Shown piece by piece: positions 19,460 to 29,071 of a DNA stretch of 41,082 nucleotides (within the stretch, counting starts at the first letter, position 1; each line of letters begins with the position of its first letter). A model generated the notes under the pieces. That model had not been told where the DNA came from. It made no database searches and saw only the letters and a list, made by a program, of their open reading frames with translations. Source of the DNA: Nanobdellota archaeon (GTDB lineage Archaea > Nanobdellota > Nanobdellia > Woesearchaeales > CAZZGN01); NCBI GenBank assembly GCA_051819665.1, contig JBNJDG010000008.1, positions 1-41,082 on the forward strand, read 5' to 3'. Position numbers and translations under genes: made by a program.

Positions 19460-20338
19460 ATGAGCTATAATGAAAAATTAATCGAATCAGCAGAAAAAGC
19501 AGGCAATGTATCCTGCATGGGTCTTGATCCAAAAATAGAGAGCCTGCCTGAAAAACATAAGAACAAAGGCATAGGAGGATTCGTTGATTTCATTGATGAG
19601 ATTACAGACCTCATAGTGGAAGAGGATGCTTCTCCGGCAGCTTTCAAGCCCAATTTCGGTTTTTATCTTTCACATGATGAGCCGATGAAAAAAGAGCATA
19701 TAGGATCTGACTCATTAGTTGATATAATTAACATAATCAGACATAAATTCCCCGATACACCTATAATTGCCGATTTCAAAACAGGTGACATAGGAAAATC
19801 ATCTAAGAGATATGCAGATTCAATACTAAAATGGGATGTTGATGCGACTGTCGTGCATCCTTATATGGGGGATGATTCTGTGACGCCTTATATAGAATCC
19901 TTCGAGAAAAATGACAAAGGAGTTTATGTGCTTACAAGAACTTCGAATAAAGGAGCGAAATCATTCCAGGACCTCACCACAATGCACAAAGAATTATACC
20001 AGAAAGTAGCAGATAAAGTCCTTGAATGGTCCGATTCAAGAGAGAATGTCGGTTCAGTAGTTGGAGCTACATACATCAAAGAACTATCTAACCTTGCAAA
20101 AATGTATAGAGGAAAGAACGTAAGTATGCTGATACCGGGAGTCGGAGGCCAGGGAGGAAGCGCTGAAGAGACCATGAATGAATTGCGAAAGAATGGATAC
20201 GATGAAAGGCTCGCAAGGATAAGCAGTTCAAGCGGGATAACACACCCATGGAAAGACAACCCTGTACCCAATAATTACAAAGAAAGATGCGTGAACAACC
20301 TTAAGGAATTGAACGAAAAAACAGCTATCTATAAATAG
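19460..20338 (+). CDS. pyrF: Orotidine-5'-phosphate decarboxylase
   Basis: CMGLDP, FKPN, DFKTGDIG (DxKxxD), HPYMG, RTSN, VVGAT, LIPGVGGQGG. Confidence 0.93.
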   Translation: MSYNEKLIESAEKAGNVSCMGLDPKIESLPEKHKNKGIGGFVDFIDEITDLIVEEDASPAAFKPNFGFYLSHDEPMKKEHIGSDSLVDIINIIRHKFPDTPIIADFKTGDIGKSSKRYADSILKWDVDATVVHPYMGDDSVTPYIESFEKNDKGVYVLTRTSNKGAKSFQDLTTMHKELYQKVADKVLEWSDSRENVGSVVGATYIKELSNLAKMYRGKNVSMLIPGVGGQGGSAEETMNELRKNGYDERLARISSSSGITHPWKDNPVPNNYKERCVNNLKELNEKTAIYK

Positions 20339-20340
20339 CC

Positions 20341-20556
20341 TCATTCTTCTTTTTCCTGAGCTGCATCGTTCAACTTTTTCACGAACTCATCTATATCCTC
20401 ATCAGATTTCCCGTGAGCCTTAAGGCCCTCCTCGAGAGTCTCGAAATTGGAAGCAGCACAACCGATGCAGCCTATACCCGCATCCATGAACACCTGAGCT
20501 GTATCAGGATTGTTCCTTATGATCTCCATTATGTTCATATCTTTTTTTATTTCCAT
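20341..20556 (-). CDS. DUF1858 domain protein
   Basis: IKKDMNIMEII...GIGCIGC...ETLEEGLKAHG; SD GAGGT upstream of ATG 20556. Confidence 0.88.
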   Translation of the reverse strand: MEIKKDMNIMEIIRNNPDTAQVFMDAGIGCIGCAASNFETLEEGLKAHGKSDEDIDEFVKKLNDAAQEKEE

Positions 20557-20628
20557 AAACGATTGTGAATCACTACCTCTTTTTAAAATTTGTGGAAAAA
20601 ATATAAACTCCGAACCCTTCCCCATGAT

Positions 20629-21027
20629 ATGGGATACATAAACTCCTATGAGCACCTTAAAGGTTTGTTCAACAGATACGGGAATGATATTTCTAAAAAG
20701 GCGAGTCAGGAAGAGAATATAGATTTTGTCGCTTCAAGCTTAAAGAATGTAAAACACGGGGTCAGGCTTGCTAAACAATACGGGGTTGACCACATAATCC
20801 TCCTTGAAAGTGAAGGGAAACCCATACACCGTTCGAATGAGAATGTTTCGTATATCCATTTCGGCAGATACGATAAACCTTTATATGGGGTTTTTCTTAC
20901 AGACGGACAGGATAAATCAAAGATCGATGAACTGACAAGAAAAAACTTAATCTCCAGACCCATGGATATGGAGGAATATAAAAGAACAACCTACTCACAA
21001 TCGATAAAAGATTACAAATCACCATGA
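20629..21027 (+). CDS. Hypothetical protein
   Basis: 132-aa ORF filling the gap before pyrE, TATA-like element upstream; no recognisable motif. Confidence 0.55.
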   Translation: MGYINSYEHLKGLFNRYGNDISKKASQEENIDFVASSLKNVKHGVRLAKQYGVDHIILLESEGKPIHRSNENVSYIHFGRYDKPLYGVFLTDGQDKSKIDELTRKNLISRPMDMEEYKRTTYSQSIKDYKSP

Positions 21028-21087
21028 TGTGACTATTCTCCAATAGATATAAATATGAGTTGAACCAAATGATACTTGTGAAGGAAA

Positions 21088-22113
21088 ATGTTTAGCAAGA
21101 AAGAATATATCAATCTCATCATAGAAAACGGAGCCATAGGAACATTCGATGAACCTAAAACTCTGAAATCCAAGAGAAAGTCCAACTGGTATATCAACAT
21201 GAGAGGTCTTACCTCGGAAGTAAGGACTGTCGATGAGATCAGTGACCATATATTGGATTTTGCAGCAAAGGAGTCATTCAATCCGGACTATTTCTTCGGG
21301 GTTCCGGAAGGAGGGACCACAATAGGGACCATCACCCAATTCAAGAATGCAGAAAATATATTCTCCGGCAATCATATAATAAAAAGAGATGACCTCTTAT
21401 GGGACGTACAAGATATACTGAATAGAGGACAAGGAGAAGTTTCCTTCATGGGACATCCTGATTCTGAATATTCTAAAGCTTTAGGCATTCTGGCCCAATA
21501 TTTCAATGAATTCCATCTTAAAGGGATGAAGCCCTCAGATGATATAAGAATACAGGAAGAGACAGGCCAGATCCCGGTCTACAGGAAAAAGCCTAAATCG
21601 CACGGCTCTGCAAAAGACAGATACACTGTGGGAGAGCCAAGAGATAATATAGTCTTTATCAGAGAAGAGAATGACCAAAGGGCTCCCGACATAGGCAAGA
21701 ATGTTATCAACAATATTACAATCCAGCCAAAGTACACTGAAGGGAAAGGTGATATCTGCCTTATAGAAGATGTTTGCACAACCGGCATTTCTGCTCTAAC
21801 TAAAGCATACGATCTCAAGGAAGAAGGATGGGATGTCAACATGATACTGAGCCTCACTAACAGGGAAGAACTCACCCCCATCCCCGGACATGATGATGAA
21901 GATGTCGTTAAAAGATTCAGCGATATATACAGATCCATGACAGGAAAAGAATACAAGAAAGAGATGAGTGTGGAAGAAGCCATAAAAGATGCAGGGATGG
22001 ATTACAAATACATGGCAGGGGCAAAGTATATTCTGCCCGAATTGGATATGTCAAAGAAAATGGAAGAAGAGATCCAGAAAGAATTCAAAAGATACGGGAT
22101 TAAACAGATCTAG
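21088..22113 (+). CDS. pyrE: Orotate phosphoribosyltransferase, extended form
   Basis: LKSKRKSNWYIN, GVPEGG, RKKPKSHG loop, PRPP motif CLIEDVCTTG; close to pyrD/pyrF. Confidence 0.85.
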   Translation: MFSKKEYINLIIENGAIGTFDEPKTLKSKRKSNWYINMRGLTSEVRTVDEISDHILDFAAKESFNPDYFFGVPEGGTTIGTITQFKNAENIFSGNHIIKRDDLLWDVQDILNRGQGEVSFMGHPDSEYSKALGILAQYFNEFHLKGMKPSDDIRIQEETGQIPVYRKKPKSHGSAKDRYTVGEPRDNIVFIREENDQRAPDIGKNVINNITIQPKYTEGKGDICLIEDVCTTGISALTKAYDLKEEGWDVNMILSLTNREELTPIPGHDDEDVVKRFSDIYRSMTGKEYKKEMSVEEAIKDAGMDYKYMAGAKYILPELDMSKKMEEEIQKEFKRYGIKQI

Positions 22114-22244
22114 GAACTCTATCCCTATATCCACTTTGATCACTTCGAAGAGCCCGATATCATATAGCCTCTATGAAACGGGATATCAAACACAATATGA
22201 AGAAAAGGCAAATTTCTTAAACTACCACTGCATATATTTTCTCT

Positions 22245-23015
22245 ATGAAACTCGTATCATGGAATGTGAACGGAATAAGGGCAGCATTAAGGAAAGATTT
22301 CACCTCTTCCATACAGGACCTCGATCCGGACATCTTCTGCCTTCAGGAGACTAAAGCACAGGAAGGACAGGCCCAGATGCTCATGCCCCAGTATAAGCAA
22401 TACTGGAACTCAGCTGAGAAAAAAGGATATTCAGGAACAGCAGTGTTCACTAAAATTGACCCTGTCAGAGTCAGCTATGGTCTGGATAGTGAAGAGAACG
22501 ACAGTGAGGGGAGGGTCATAACCCTTGAGTTCGAAAGGTTCTATCTGCTGAATGTTTATACACCAAATTCAGGGAGAGACTTAAGCAGGCTTTCTTACAG
22601 ACAGGAGTGGGACAAGAAATTCAGAGGATACATAAAAAAACTGGAAAAGGATAAACCGGTTATCATCTGCGGTGACCTCAATGTAGCACATAAAGAGATA
22701 GATATCGCAAACCCGCAGGGTAATAAGACCACCAAATCAAAGCCAGGTAATGCGGGTTTCACTGATCAGGAGAGGGAAGATTTCACAAAACACCTTGACT
22801 CCGGCCTCATAGACACATTCAGATACCTCTACCCGAACAAAGAGAAATACTCATGGTGGACCTATATGTTCAATGCGAGGTCGAAGAATAAAGGATGGCG
22901 CCTGGATTATTTTCTTGTAACAAGACAACTGGAAGAGAATATAGAAGACGCCTTCATATACGATGAGATCTATGGATCAGACCATTGCCCTATCGGCCTG
23001 AAGATCAGGATCTAA
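22245..23015 (+). CDS. xth: Exodeoxyribonuclease III / AP endonuclease
   Basis: SWNVNGIRA, CLQETK, GYSGTA, YTPNSG, GDLNVAH, GWRLDY, GSDHCP. Confidence 0.95.
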   Translation: MKLVSWNVNGIRAALRKDFTSSIQDLDPDIFCLQETKAQEGQAQMLMPQYKQYWNSAEKKGYSGTAVFTKIDPVRVSYGLDSEENDSEGRVITLEFERFYLLNVYTPNSGRDLSRLSYRQEWDKKFRGYIKKLEKDKPVIICGDLNVAHKEIDIANPQGNKTTKSKPGNAGFTDQEREDFTKHLDSGLIDTFRYLYPNKEKYSWWTYMFNARSKNKGWRLDYFLVTRQLEENIEDAFIYDEIYGSDHCPIGLKIRI

Positions 23016-23635
23016 GATAGCTTCTGCTGTTTCTCCCCTGTATCCTTTATGGTCTTTCCTAAAAACTCGCCCATCTTACGGAAATCACTTTCAAGCACTT
23101 CTTTAAGCTGAGGACGATAGATCATTGCTGCAGGATGATACAGAGGCACTACAGTAAATTCCATCCCATCAACTGTCTTCTTCATGAATTTACCATGCAG
23201 ACCACTTATCCCGCCTATCTTCTTCATTCCCTTCACATCGAAACCTGCAAGGACAAATTTGGTGGAGAAATTACCGAGAGTAGCTATGATCCTTGGTTTT
23301 ATGGCCTTGATCTGTTCAACAAGATAAGGTGTATGCCTCTCTATCTCATCAGGTTTAGGATCACGGTTCTTCGGTGGCCTGTATTTGAGTATATTGGCAA
23401 TATAAATATCATCGAGAGAAAGGCTTATCCTATCAAGGAGATTATCGAGTTTCTTCCCCGCAGAACCCACAAAAGGCACGCCCTTTTCGTCCTCCTTCCC
23501 TCCGGGCGCTTCACCTATGAAAAGGATCTCGGCTTCAGGATTACCTTTCCCGAATACCATGTTCGTGGCATTATCCTTCAAAGGGCAGTCAAGCTCATCT
23601 TCGATCTTCTGTTTAATATGTTCAAGTTTATCCAT
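23012..23635 (-). CDS. udg: Family-4 uracil-DNA glycosylase lacking most Fe-S cysteines
   Basis: GEAPG..ED..G.PFVG, RPP.NR and HPAA motifs; single Cys. Confidence 0.92.
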   Translation of the reverse strand: MDKLEHIKQKIEDELDCPLKDNATNMVFGKGNPEAEILFIGEAPGGKEDEKGVPFVGSAGKKLDNLLDRISLSLDDIYIANILKYRPPKNRDPKPDEIERHTPYLVEQIKAIKPRIIATLGNFSTKFVLAGFDVKGMKKIGGISGLHGKFMKKTVDGMEFTVVPLYHPAAMIYRPQLKEVLESDFRKMGEFLGKTIKDTGEKQQKLS

Positions 23636-23710
23636 GAAAGAAAGTCTTCTTAGATGATTATTAAATTTTACCATTAACTTTAAATAAAACAAAAGCCCTC
23701 TGATGCCCCT

Positions 23711-24949
23711 ATGGCAGAACCAGGAGACAGAGTCAGGATCAGTTCAGAGAAAGGCACCTATGAAGGCATACTCATGCCCGGGAAAGAGAAAGTTATAAAG
23801 CTGGACAGCGGATATAATATAGGCCTGGAAGGGGATATAGAGAAGATCGGGACTATAGAGAAGAAAAAACCGCAATTTCCGGAGATCAAGCACGATGATA
23901 AAAAGAAGAACATTACCGTCCTTCACTGCGGAGGCACTGTAGCATCCAAAGTGGATTATAAGACAGGAGGGGTTACTGCCAGATTCGAACCCGAAGAACT
24001 CATCTCGCTTTTTCCCGAACTAAAGGATATCGCAAACATAAGATCCAGGCTGGTGAAACAGATCATGTCCGAGAACATGAGGTTCTCCCACTATAATATC
24101 ATAGCAGAAGAGATAAAGAAAGAGATTCCAAATTCTGACGGCATAATCATAACTCACGGAACTGACACTATGCATTATACTTCCGCAGCCTTATCATTCA
24201 TGCTGGAGGATCTGCCTGTCCCCGTGATAGTTGTAGGAGCTCAGAGATCCTCTGACAGAGGAAGCTCGGACGCAGCTCTCAATATAATATCAGCAGCAAG
24301 GTTCATAGCAGAGACGGATTTCGGTGATATCGGAGTCTGTATGCACGAGAGCAGCGACGATAATGTATGTAATATAATGCCCGGAACAAAGATAAGGAAA
24401 ATGCACACCTCGAGAAGAGATGCCTTCAAAACTATCAATACAGAGCCGATAGCTAAAGTCGGAGAGAAGATAGAATTCAACCACGACGGATACATAGAAG
24501 CCGATAAGAACAGAGAACTTAAGATAAAGCCTTTCAAGGACCTGAAGATAGGGATCCTCAAATCCCACCCTAATATGTACGCGGAGGAGCTTAGCCCATA
24601 TAAAGAGTTCGACGGCCTTGTCATAGAAGGCACAGGTCTCGGACAGATGCCCAACGATAAAGTGGATGAACTTACCGGAGAGAGCGAGAAGATAATTAAA
24701 GAGATTGAGGAGATGGATATTCCGGTGGTCATGACCTCCCAATGCATAAACGGCAGGATCAATATGAACGTCTACTCTGAGGGAAGGAGGAACCTTCAGG
24801 CGGGCATCCTTGGGGACCATACGGACATGACCCCCGAAACAGCCTTCATAAAATTAGCATGGTTATTATCCAACTTCGATAAAGAGACTGCAAAAGATCT
24901 TTACGGGAAGAACCTGAGAGGAGAGATCACAGAGAGGTCAGTAAGATGA
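23711..24949 (+). CDS. gatD: Glu-tRNA(Gln) amidotransferase subunit D
   Basis: KLDSGYNIG N-domain, GGTVASKVDYKTG, HGTDT, QRSSDRGSSD, KMHTSRRDAF. Confidence 0.95.
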   Translation: MAEPGDRVRISSEKGTYEGILMPGKEKVIKLDSGYNIGLEGDIEKIGTIEKKKPQFPEIKHDDKKKNITVLHCGGTVASKVDYKTGGVTARFEPEELISLFPELKDIANIRSRLVKQIMSENMRFSHYNIIAEEIKKEIPNSDGIIITHGTDTMHYTSAALSFMLEDLPVPVIVVGAQRSSDRGSSDAALNIISAARFIAETDFGDIGVCMHESSDDNVCNIMPGTKIRKMHTSRRDAFKTINTEPIAKVGEKIEFNHDGYIEADKNRELKIKPFKDLKIGILKSHPNMYAEELSPYKEFDGLVIEGTGLGQMPNDKVDELTGESEKIIKEIEEMDIPVVMTSQCINGRINMNVYSEGRRNLQAGILGDHTDMTPETAFIKLAWLLSNFDKETAKDLYGKNLRGEITERSVR

Positions 24950-26358
24950 AAAATACAGGTTTCAAATGCGGAATAGAGATCCACCAGCAGCTTGAAGGAA
25001 GGAAACTCTTCTGCAACTGCCCGACTACCATAAGGAAAGACGAAGCTGATTACAGTATAAAGAGGAATCTCCGGGCGTCAGCAGGCGAAACAGGTAAATT
25101 TGACAAGGCTGCGAAGTATGAACAGGAAAAGAGGAAAGATTTCATTTATAATGGATATTATGACACAAACTGTCTTGTCGAACTGGACGAGGAACCTCCC
25201 AACCGGATCAATGAGGATGCTCTGAAAGCTGCACTTCAGTTCTGCAGCATGATCGGTGCAAAAGTACCTGACAGGATAATGTTCATGAGGAAAGTGGTCG
25301 TGGACGGGAGTAACACTACCGGATTCCAGAGGACTGCTCTTGTGGGTATGGACGGGCATGTAGAGGTTAACGGCAAGAAGATAAGGATCCCTTCAGTCTG
25401 CCTCGAAGAGGAAGCCTGCCAGGTCATGGAAAGGACAGAAGATAAAGACATATACAACCTGTCAAGACTCGGTATTCCGCTTCTTGAGATAGCGACCTCG
25501 CCAGACATCGAGACTCCCGAGGAATGCAGGGAAGTGGCCGGTAAGATAGGAATGCTCCTGAGAAGCACAGGGAAGTGCAAGAGAGGCATAGGCTCGATAA
25601 GACAGGATGTCAACGTATCAATTAGAGACGGAGTCAGGGTCGAGATCAAAGGTTTCCAGGACCTTAAGACAATTCCGGACGTGATCAACCATGAGATAAA
25701 GAGACAGAAAGAGAACATAGAAAAGAATAACAGTATGGAACCACATGTAAGGAAAGCAGAACCTGACTCGACAACATCTTATCTAAGGCCGATGCCGGGA
25801 GCTGACAGGATGTATCCTGAGACAGATGTCCCTCTCATAACGCCGAGCTTCGATCATATAAAGGAAGTCAAGACGATAGAGGAAAGACAGGAAGAGCTGA
25901 AAGAAGAATTCAAACTCAATGATGATTTCGCAAAGGAGGCAGTGGAATTCGAGGATGAGAACGAGCTTAAGCTGAAGGACTTCTTCAAACAATATAGCAA
26001 CCTCAAACCCAAAGACATCATAAATTTCCTGATAAACCAGCCGAAAGAGATAAAGAAAAGACATAGCGTGGATTACAAGCCACTGGATAACAGGGATCTT
26101 CTCGACCACCTTAATAAAGGGGATATAGCCAAGAGCTCTATAGAAGATATACTTGTTAAAAGGGCCAGGGGAGAGGAAGTGAACATAGAAGATTACAAGG
26201 CTATGTCTGAAGAGAAAGTAAGGGAGGAACTGAAAAAGATCCTGGAAGAGAACAAAGACGCACCCTTCGGGGCCCTTATGGGAAAAGCTATGAGCCATTT
26301 CCAGGGCAGGGTTGACGGTAAGACTGTCAGCCGTTTATTAAAGGAACTCTCAAACTGA
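24946..26358 (+). CDS. gatE: Glu-tRNA(Gln) amidotransferase subunit E (short form)
   Basis: GIEIHQQL, VDGSNTTGFQRT, RLGIPLLEI, RGIGSIRQDVN, RPMPGADRMYPETD; coupled to gatD. Confidence 0.94.
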   Translation: MKNTGFKCGIEIHQQLEGRKLFCNCPTTIRKDEADYSIKRNLRASAGETGKFDKAAKYEQEKRKDFIYNGYYDTNCLVELDEEPPNRINEDALKAALQFCSMIGAKVPDRIMFMRKVVVDGSNTTGFQRTALVGMDGHVEVNGKKIRIPSVCLEEEACQVMERTEDKDIYNLSRLGIPLLEIATSPDIETPEECREVAGKIGMLLRSTGKCKRGIGSIRQDVNVSIRDGVRVEIKGFQDLKTIPDVINHEIKRQKENIEKNNSMEPHVRKAEPDSTTSYLRPMPGADRMYPETDVPLITPSFDHIKEVKTIEERQEELKEEFKLNDDFAKEAVEFEDENELKLKDFFKQYSNLKPKDIINFLINQPKEIKKRHSVDYKPLDNRDLLDHLNKGDIAKSSIEDILVKRARGEEVNIEDYKAMSEEKVREELKKILEENKDAPFGALMGKAMSHFQGRVDGKTVSRLLKELSN

Positions 26359-26360
26359 CA

Positions 26361-26789
26361 ATGGCATTAAGATTATATAAACTTGATAAGAAACATGAAG
26401 ATTCTATTCTCCTTTCTGTAGAGATGACCAGGACAGAAAGATGGCACGATGCACTTAAAGATGTTGAGAGAGAGGTTTTCTCCGCATTCAGGAGACATAT
26501 GAAAAAAGCCAAAGAGCATCATTCTGACTGGGGTTTCTCTGCTAAAAAGAAGGATTTCATAATAAAAGAACCTAATTACGGAAAGGTTGCAAAAGTGAGA
26601 TTCAATGTAAAAGACCCATTCCCGAAAAAAGAGAGGAATCGTGATAGAGAAATAATAAAAGAAAGATATTTCATAAATATATTCGTTAATATATGGCCCT
26701 ATAAGATAAAGAGGGAAGACCTTAACTTCTATAACCCGAGAGTAAGGGACAGGATAGCTGAGCACCTTGAGAATTATATGGCTTCATGA
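26361..26789 (+). CDS. Hypothetical basic protein
   Basis: 142-aa ORF starting 2 nt after gatE; no recognisable family. Confidence 0.6.
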   Translation: MALRLYKLDKKHEDSILLSVEMTRTERWHDALKDVEREVFSAFRRHMKKAKEHHSDWGFSAKKKDFIIKEPNYGKVAKVRFNVKDPFPKKERNRDREIIKERYFINIFVNIWPYKIKREDLNFYNPRVRDRIAEHLENYMAS

Positions 26790-26809
26790 GAGATCAGATA
26801 TAAGAAATT

Positions 26810-27853
26810 TCATTTGACCTTCCATTTCCTGAAAGCCTTAACCCTTTCTGAAATCTCTGGTTTTGTATTGCTGTCTTTCAGAAGATTCTCTACCACAACA
26901 CCCCTGATATAAATATAAACAAGACCATATAAGGCCCACATCGAGTCCCTTATCCTGGTGACGAAACTGACTACAAGCCCGAATGATGCCTTGCCGAACA
27001 ATCTGAACAAGGAAATCTGCCCACCTTCAAGAATACCGAGAGCGGTAGGTATCGGAACAAGATAAACAATCCCCACGACGGCAAGCACCAGATAGAGGTG
27101 CAGGAATGATGGAGAATGGCCGAATGCAATGAGAAGATACTTGAACTCGAAAATGGAAAGACCCCATAATATGAAAGACAGAAGGGTAGAGAATATAAAG
27201 ACGTTCTTGTGATTCTGAAGGAAACTCGTCATCTCAAGCTCAGCGTCCCTCACCTTATAAGTATTATCCCTTATGAATTTGATCCTGTTCAGTTTGAGGA
27301 ACCTTATCAGATAAGAGAAGACGGGCCTCCCCTTCTTTATCCTGATATAGTATGTATTGATTACTATGAGCATGATTATGAAGACAAGGATCAGAAGCCA
27401 TCTCAGACCAATAGGGATAACTGAGATGAAACCGAGGATGATGGCTGCAAGAACGGCCATTATAGCATCAGCAGATGCTTCCAGAGACCGGTCTATGAAG
27501 ACGGAAGACATCGCCTTCTCTACCGGCACGCCATCCTTGACAAGGAAATATGTTCTCAATGGCTCACCGCCGAGCCTTGCTGAAGGCGTAAGATAACTTA
27601 TAGAGAAAGCAGCCACCCTGTAATTGAATATGGTCCTGAAATTCACATTCGCCCCAAGGGACTTCAATATCATGTACCACCTGAATACAAAACCTGAGAA
27701 TATCATCACAGATATCAAAAGATATGCAAGGAAAGAAAGACCATCCTCAAGCCTGAATATATCAGTTACTCCACCAAAATCAACATAGTTAAGAGCTATT
27801 ACAAAAAGTACAGTCCCTATTACAATCGATGTATATTTGAATATCCCCTTCAT
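26810..27853 (-). CDS. Flippase-like membrane protein (LPG synthase TM/UPF0104)
   Basis: RW..IL, YLTPSARLGGEPLR, DR and PIPTALGILEG motifs; multi-TM. Confidence 0.87.
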   Translation of the reverse strand: MKGIFKYTSIVIGTVLFVIALNYVDFGGVTDIFRLEDGLSFLAYLLISVMIFSGFVFRWYMILKSLGANVNFRTIFNYRVAAFSISYLTPSARLGGEPLRTYFLVKDGVPVEKAMSSVFIDRSLEASADAIMAVLAAIILGFISVIPIGLRWLLILVFIIMLIVINTYYIRIKKGRPVFSYLIRFLKLNRIKFIRDNTYKVRDAELEMTSFLQNHKNVFIFSTLLSFILWGLSIFEFKYLLIAFGHSPSFLHLYLVLAVVGIVYLVPIPTALGILEGGQISLFRLFGKASFGLVVSFVTRIRDSMWALYGLVYIYIRGVVVENLLKDSNTKPEISERVKAFRKWKVK

Positions 27854-28944
27854 TTTAAGTCAAGATAATTGGCTGCCCATATCATTGAATCGCTGGCATA
27901 GTAAAAAAACGAACCGTAAGGATTGCCATCTGGCTCAAAGACCTCGACATAGTTTTTATATTTTTCGATATATGTTTTATATATCTCAATGTACTTTCCC
28001 GCAAGAGCAGGCCTGACAGACTTCACCATCTTGATGTAGAGGGGACCCATGTGGGTCCAGCAGACATGCTTCTCCCAGTCCCTGGCAAAGAGCTCTATAA
28101 GGATCATATCCACCTCCTCATTATCCTCTGAAGTATATTTGAGGGGGAGAGGGGTATCAAGACGATGTTCCATGAGTGTATCTATAACCTTCCTCTTCAT
28201 GGCCTTATCACTGAATATCCCGGTCCAGAAAGGCCATACCTGTGCATCCCCTGCTACATAATCCCTCCCTGACAGGTCATCAAGGAAATAACTCCCGTTC
28301 CAGTAATTCTCAAGAATCAGTTTCCGGTAATCGAATTTGATCGGATTCCTGAGACCCAGTTTTTCAGCACAAACCTTTACCAGATAACACATTGTGGCAT
28401 CATAACATGACCTGTCCCTTATCGAATAATCCTTCATAGAAGAGAAATGTCCAGGCTTCGGAAGACCTGTCTCATCATCGATGACCTTTTCATAAAATCT
28501 CTGCACTTCACTCTCAAGAAAATGCTTATAAGAACTGACTATCTTCTTATCGCCAAGTACCTTCAAGGAAAGTAGTATAGAAGCGAGAGAATCCGGTGCA
28601 TATTTAGGGAAATCAAAACATTTTCCTCCTGGTGATATGGTCGTGGTTATCCTCCCTTTCTCCCTGAATCTGGAGAGGGCATATTCAAGGGTTTTCCTCA
28701 CCCTTTTCCTGTGGCCAAGATTAATGAGGCTTTCCGTTACCCAGCTGAAATCACGACAGTAGAATTCAGGATAATTACCTGTACTGGTCATGAAATACTG
28801 CCTATCCTTATTCCAGCAATCCTCGATTATCTGTCTGCATATATCCTCATCACTGCCTTCATAAGCTTTAAGTCCTTCCCTTTTTACTTTCCTCGCCCTC
28901 CTGAACATCCTCAGGGCTTCTGAAATGAATAATAAAAAATCCAT
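27850..28944 (-). CDS. Putative (alpha/alpha)6-barrel glycoside hydrolase (debranching/invertase-like)
   Basis: TGNYPEFYCRDFSW resembles the (W/F)xRD sugar-binding motif; YWNG.YF.D, EVF and WAA elements; next to glucan phosphorylase. Confidence 0.6.
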   Translation of the reverse strand: MDFLLFISEALRMFRRARKVKREGLKAYEGSDEDICRQIIEDCWNKDRQYFMTSTGNYPEFYCRDFSWVTESLINLGHRKRVRKTLEYALSRFREKGRITTTISPGGKCFDFPKYAPDSLASILLSLKVLGDKKIVSSYKHFLESEVQRFYEKVIDDETGLPKPGHFSSMKDYSIRDRSCYDATMCYLVKVCAEKLGLRNPIKFDYRKLILENYWNGSYFLDDLSGRDYVAGDAQVWPFWTGIFSDKAMKRKVIDTLMEHRLDTPLPLKYTSEDNEEVDMILIELFARDWEKHVCWTHMGPLYIKMVKSVRPALAGKYIEIYKTYIEKYKNYVEVFEPDGNPYGSFFYYASDSMIWAANYLDLK

Positions 28945-28984
28945 AAATTTATTAAAAAGTGCATGATTTAAATAATTAGCGGAC

Positions 28985-29056
28985 GCGGCTGTGATCTAGT
29001 GGCTATGATACAGGCTTCCCAAGCCTGGTACCCGGGTTCGAGTCCCGGCAGCCGCA
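28985..29056 (+). tRNA. tRNA-Gly(CCC), CCA not encoded
   Basis: Acceptor GCGGCTG/CAGCCGC, anticodon arm CAGGC-TTCCCAA-GCCTG, T-arm CCGGG-TTCGAGT-CCCGG, A73. Confidence 0.97.
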
Positions 29057-29071
29057 TCGAGAGGAATAGAA

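Noticed and set aside
22114..22244. Short GATATC repeats and a small hairpin between pyrE and xth; 121-aa ORF 21989-22354
   Set aside because: Repeats are too short to be significant, and the ORF overlaps two real genes without motifs
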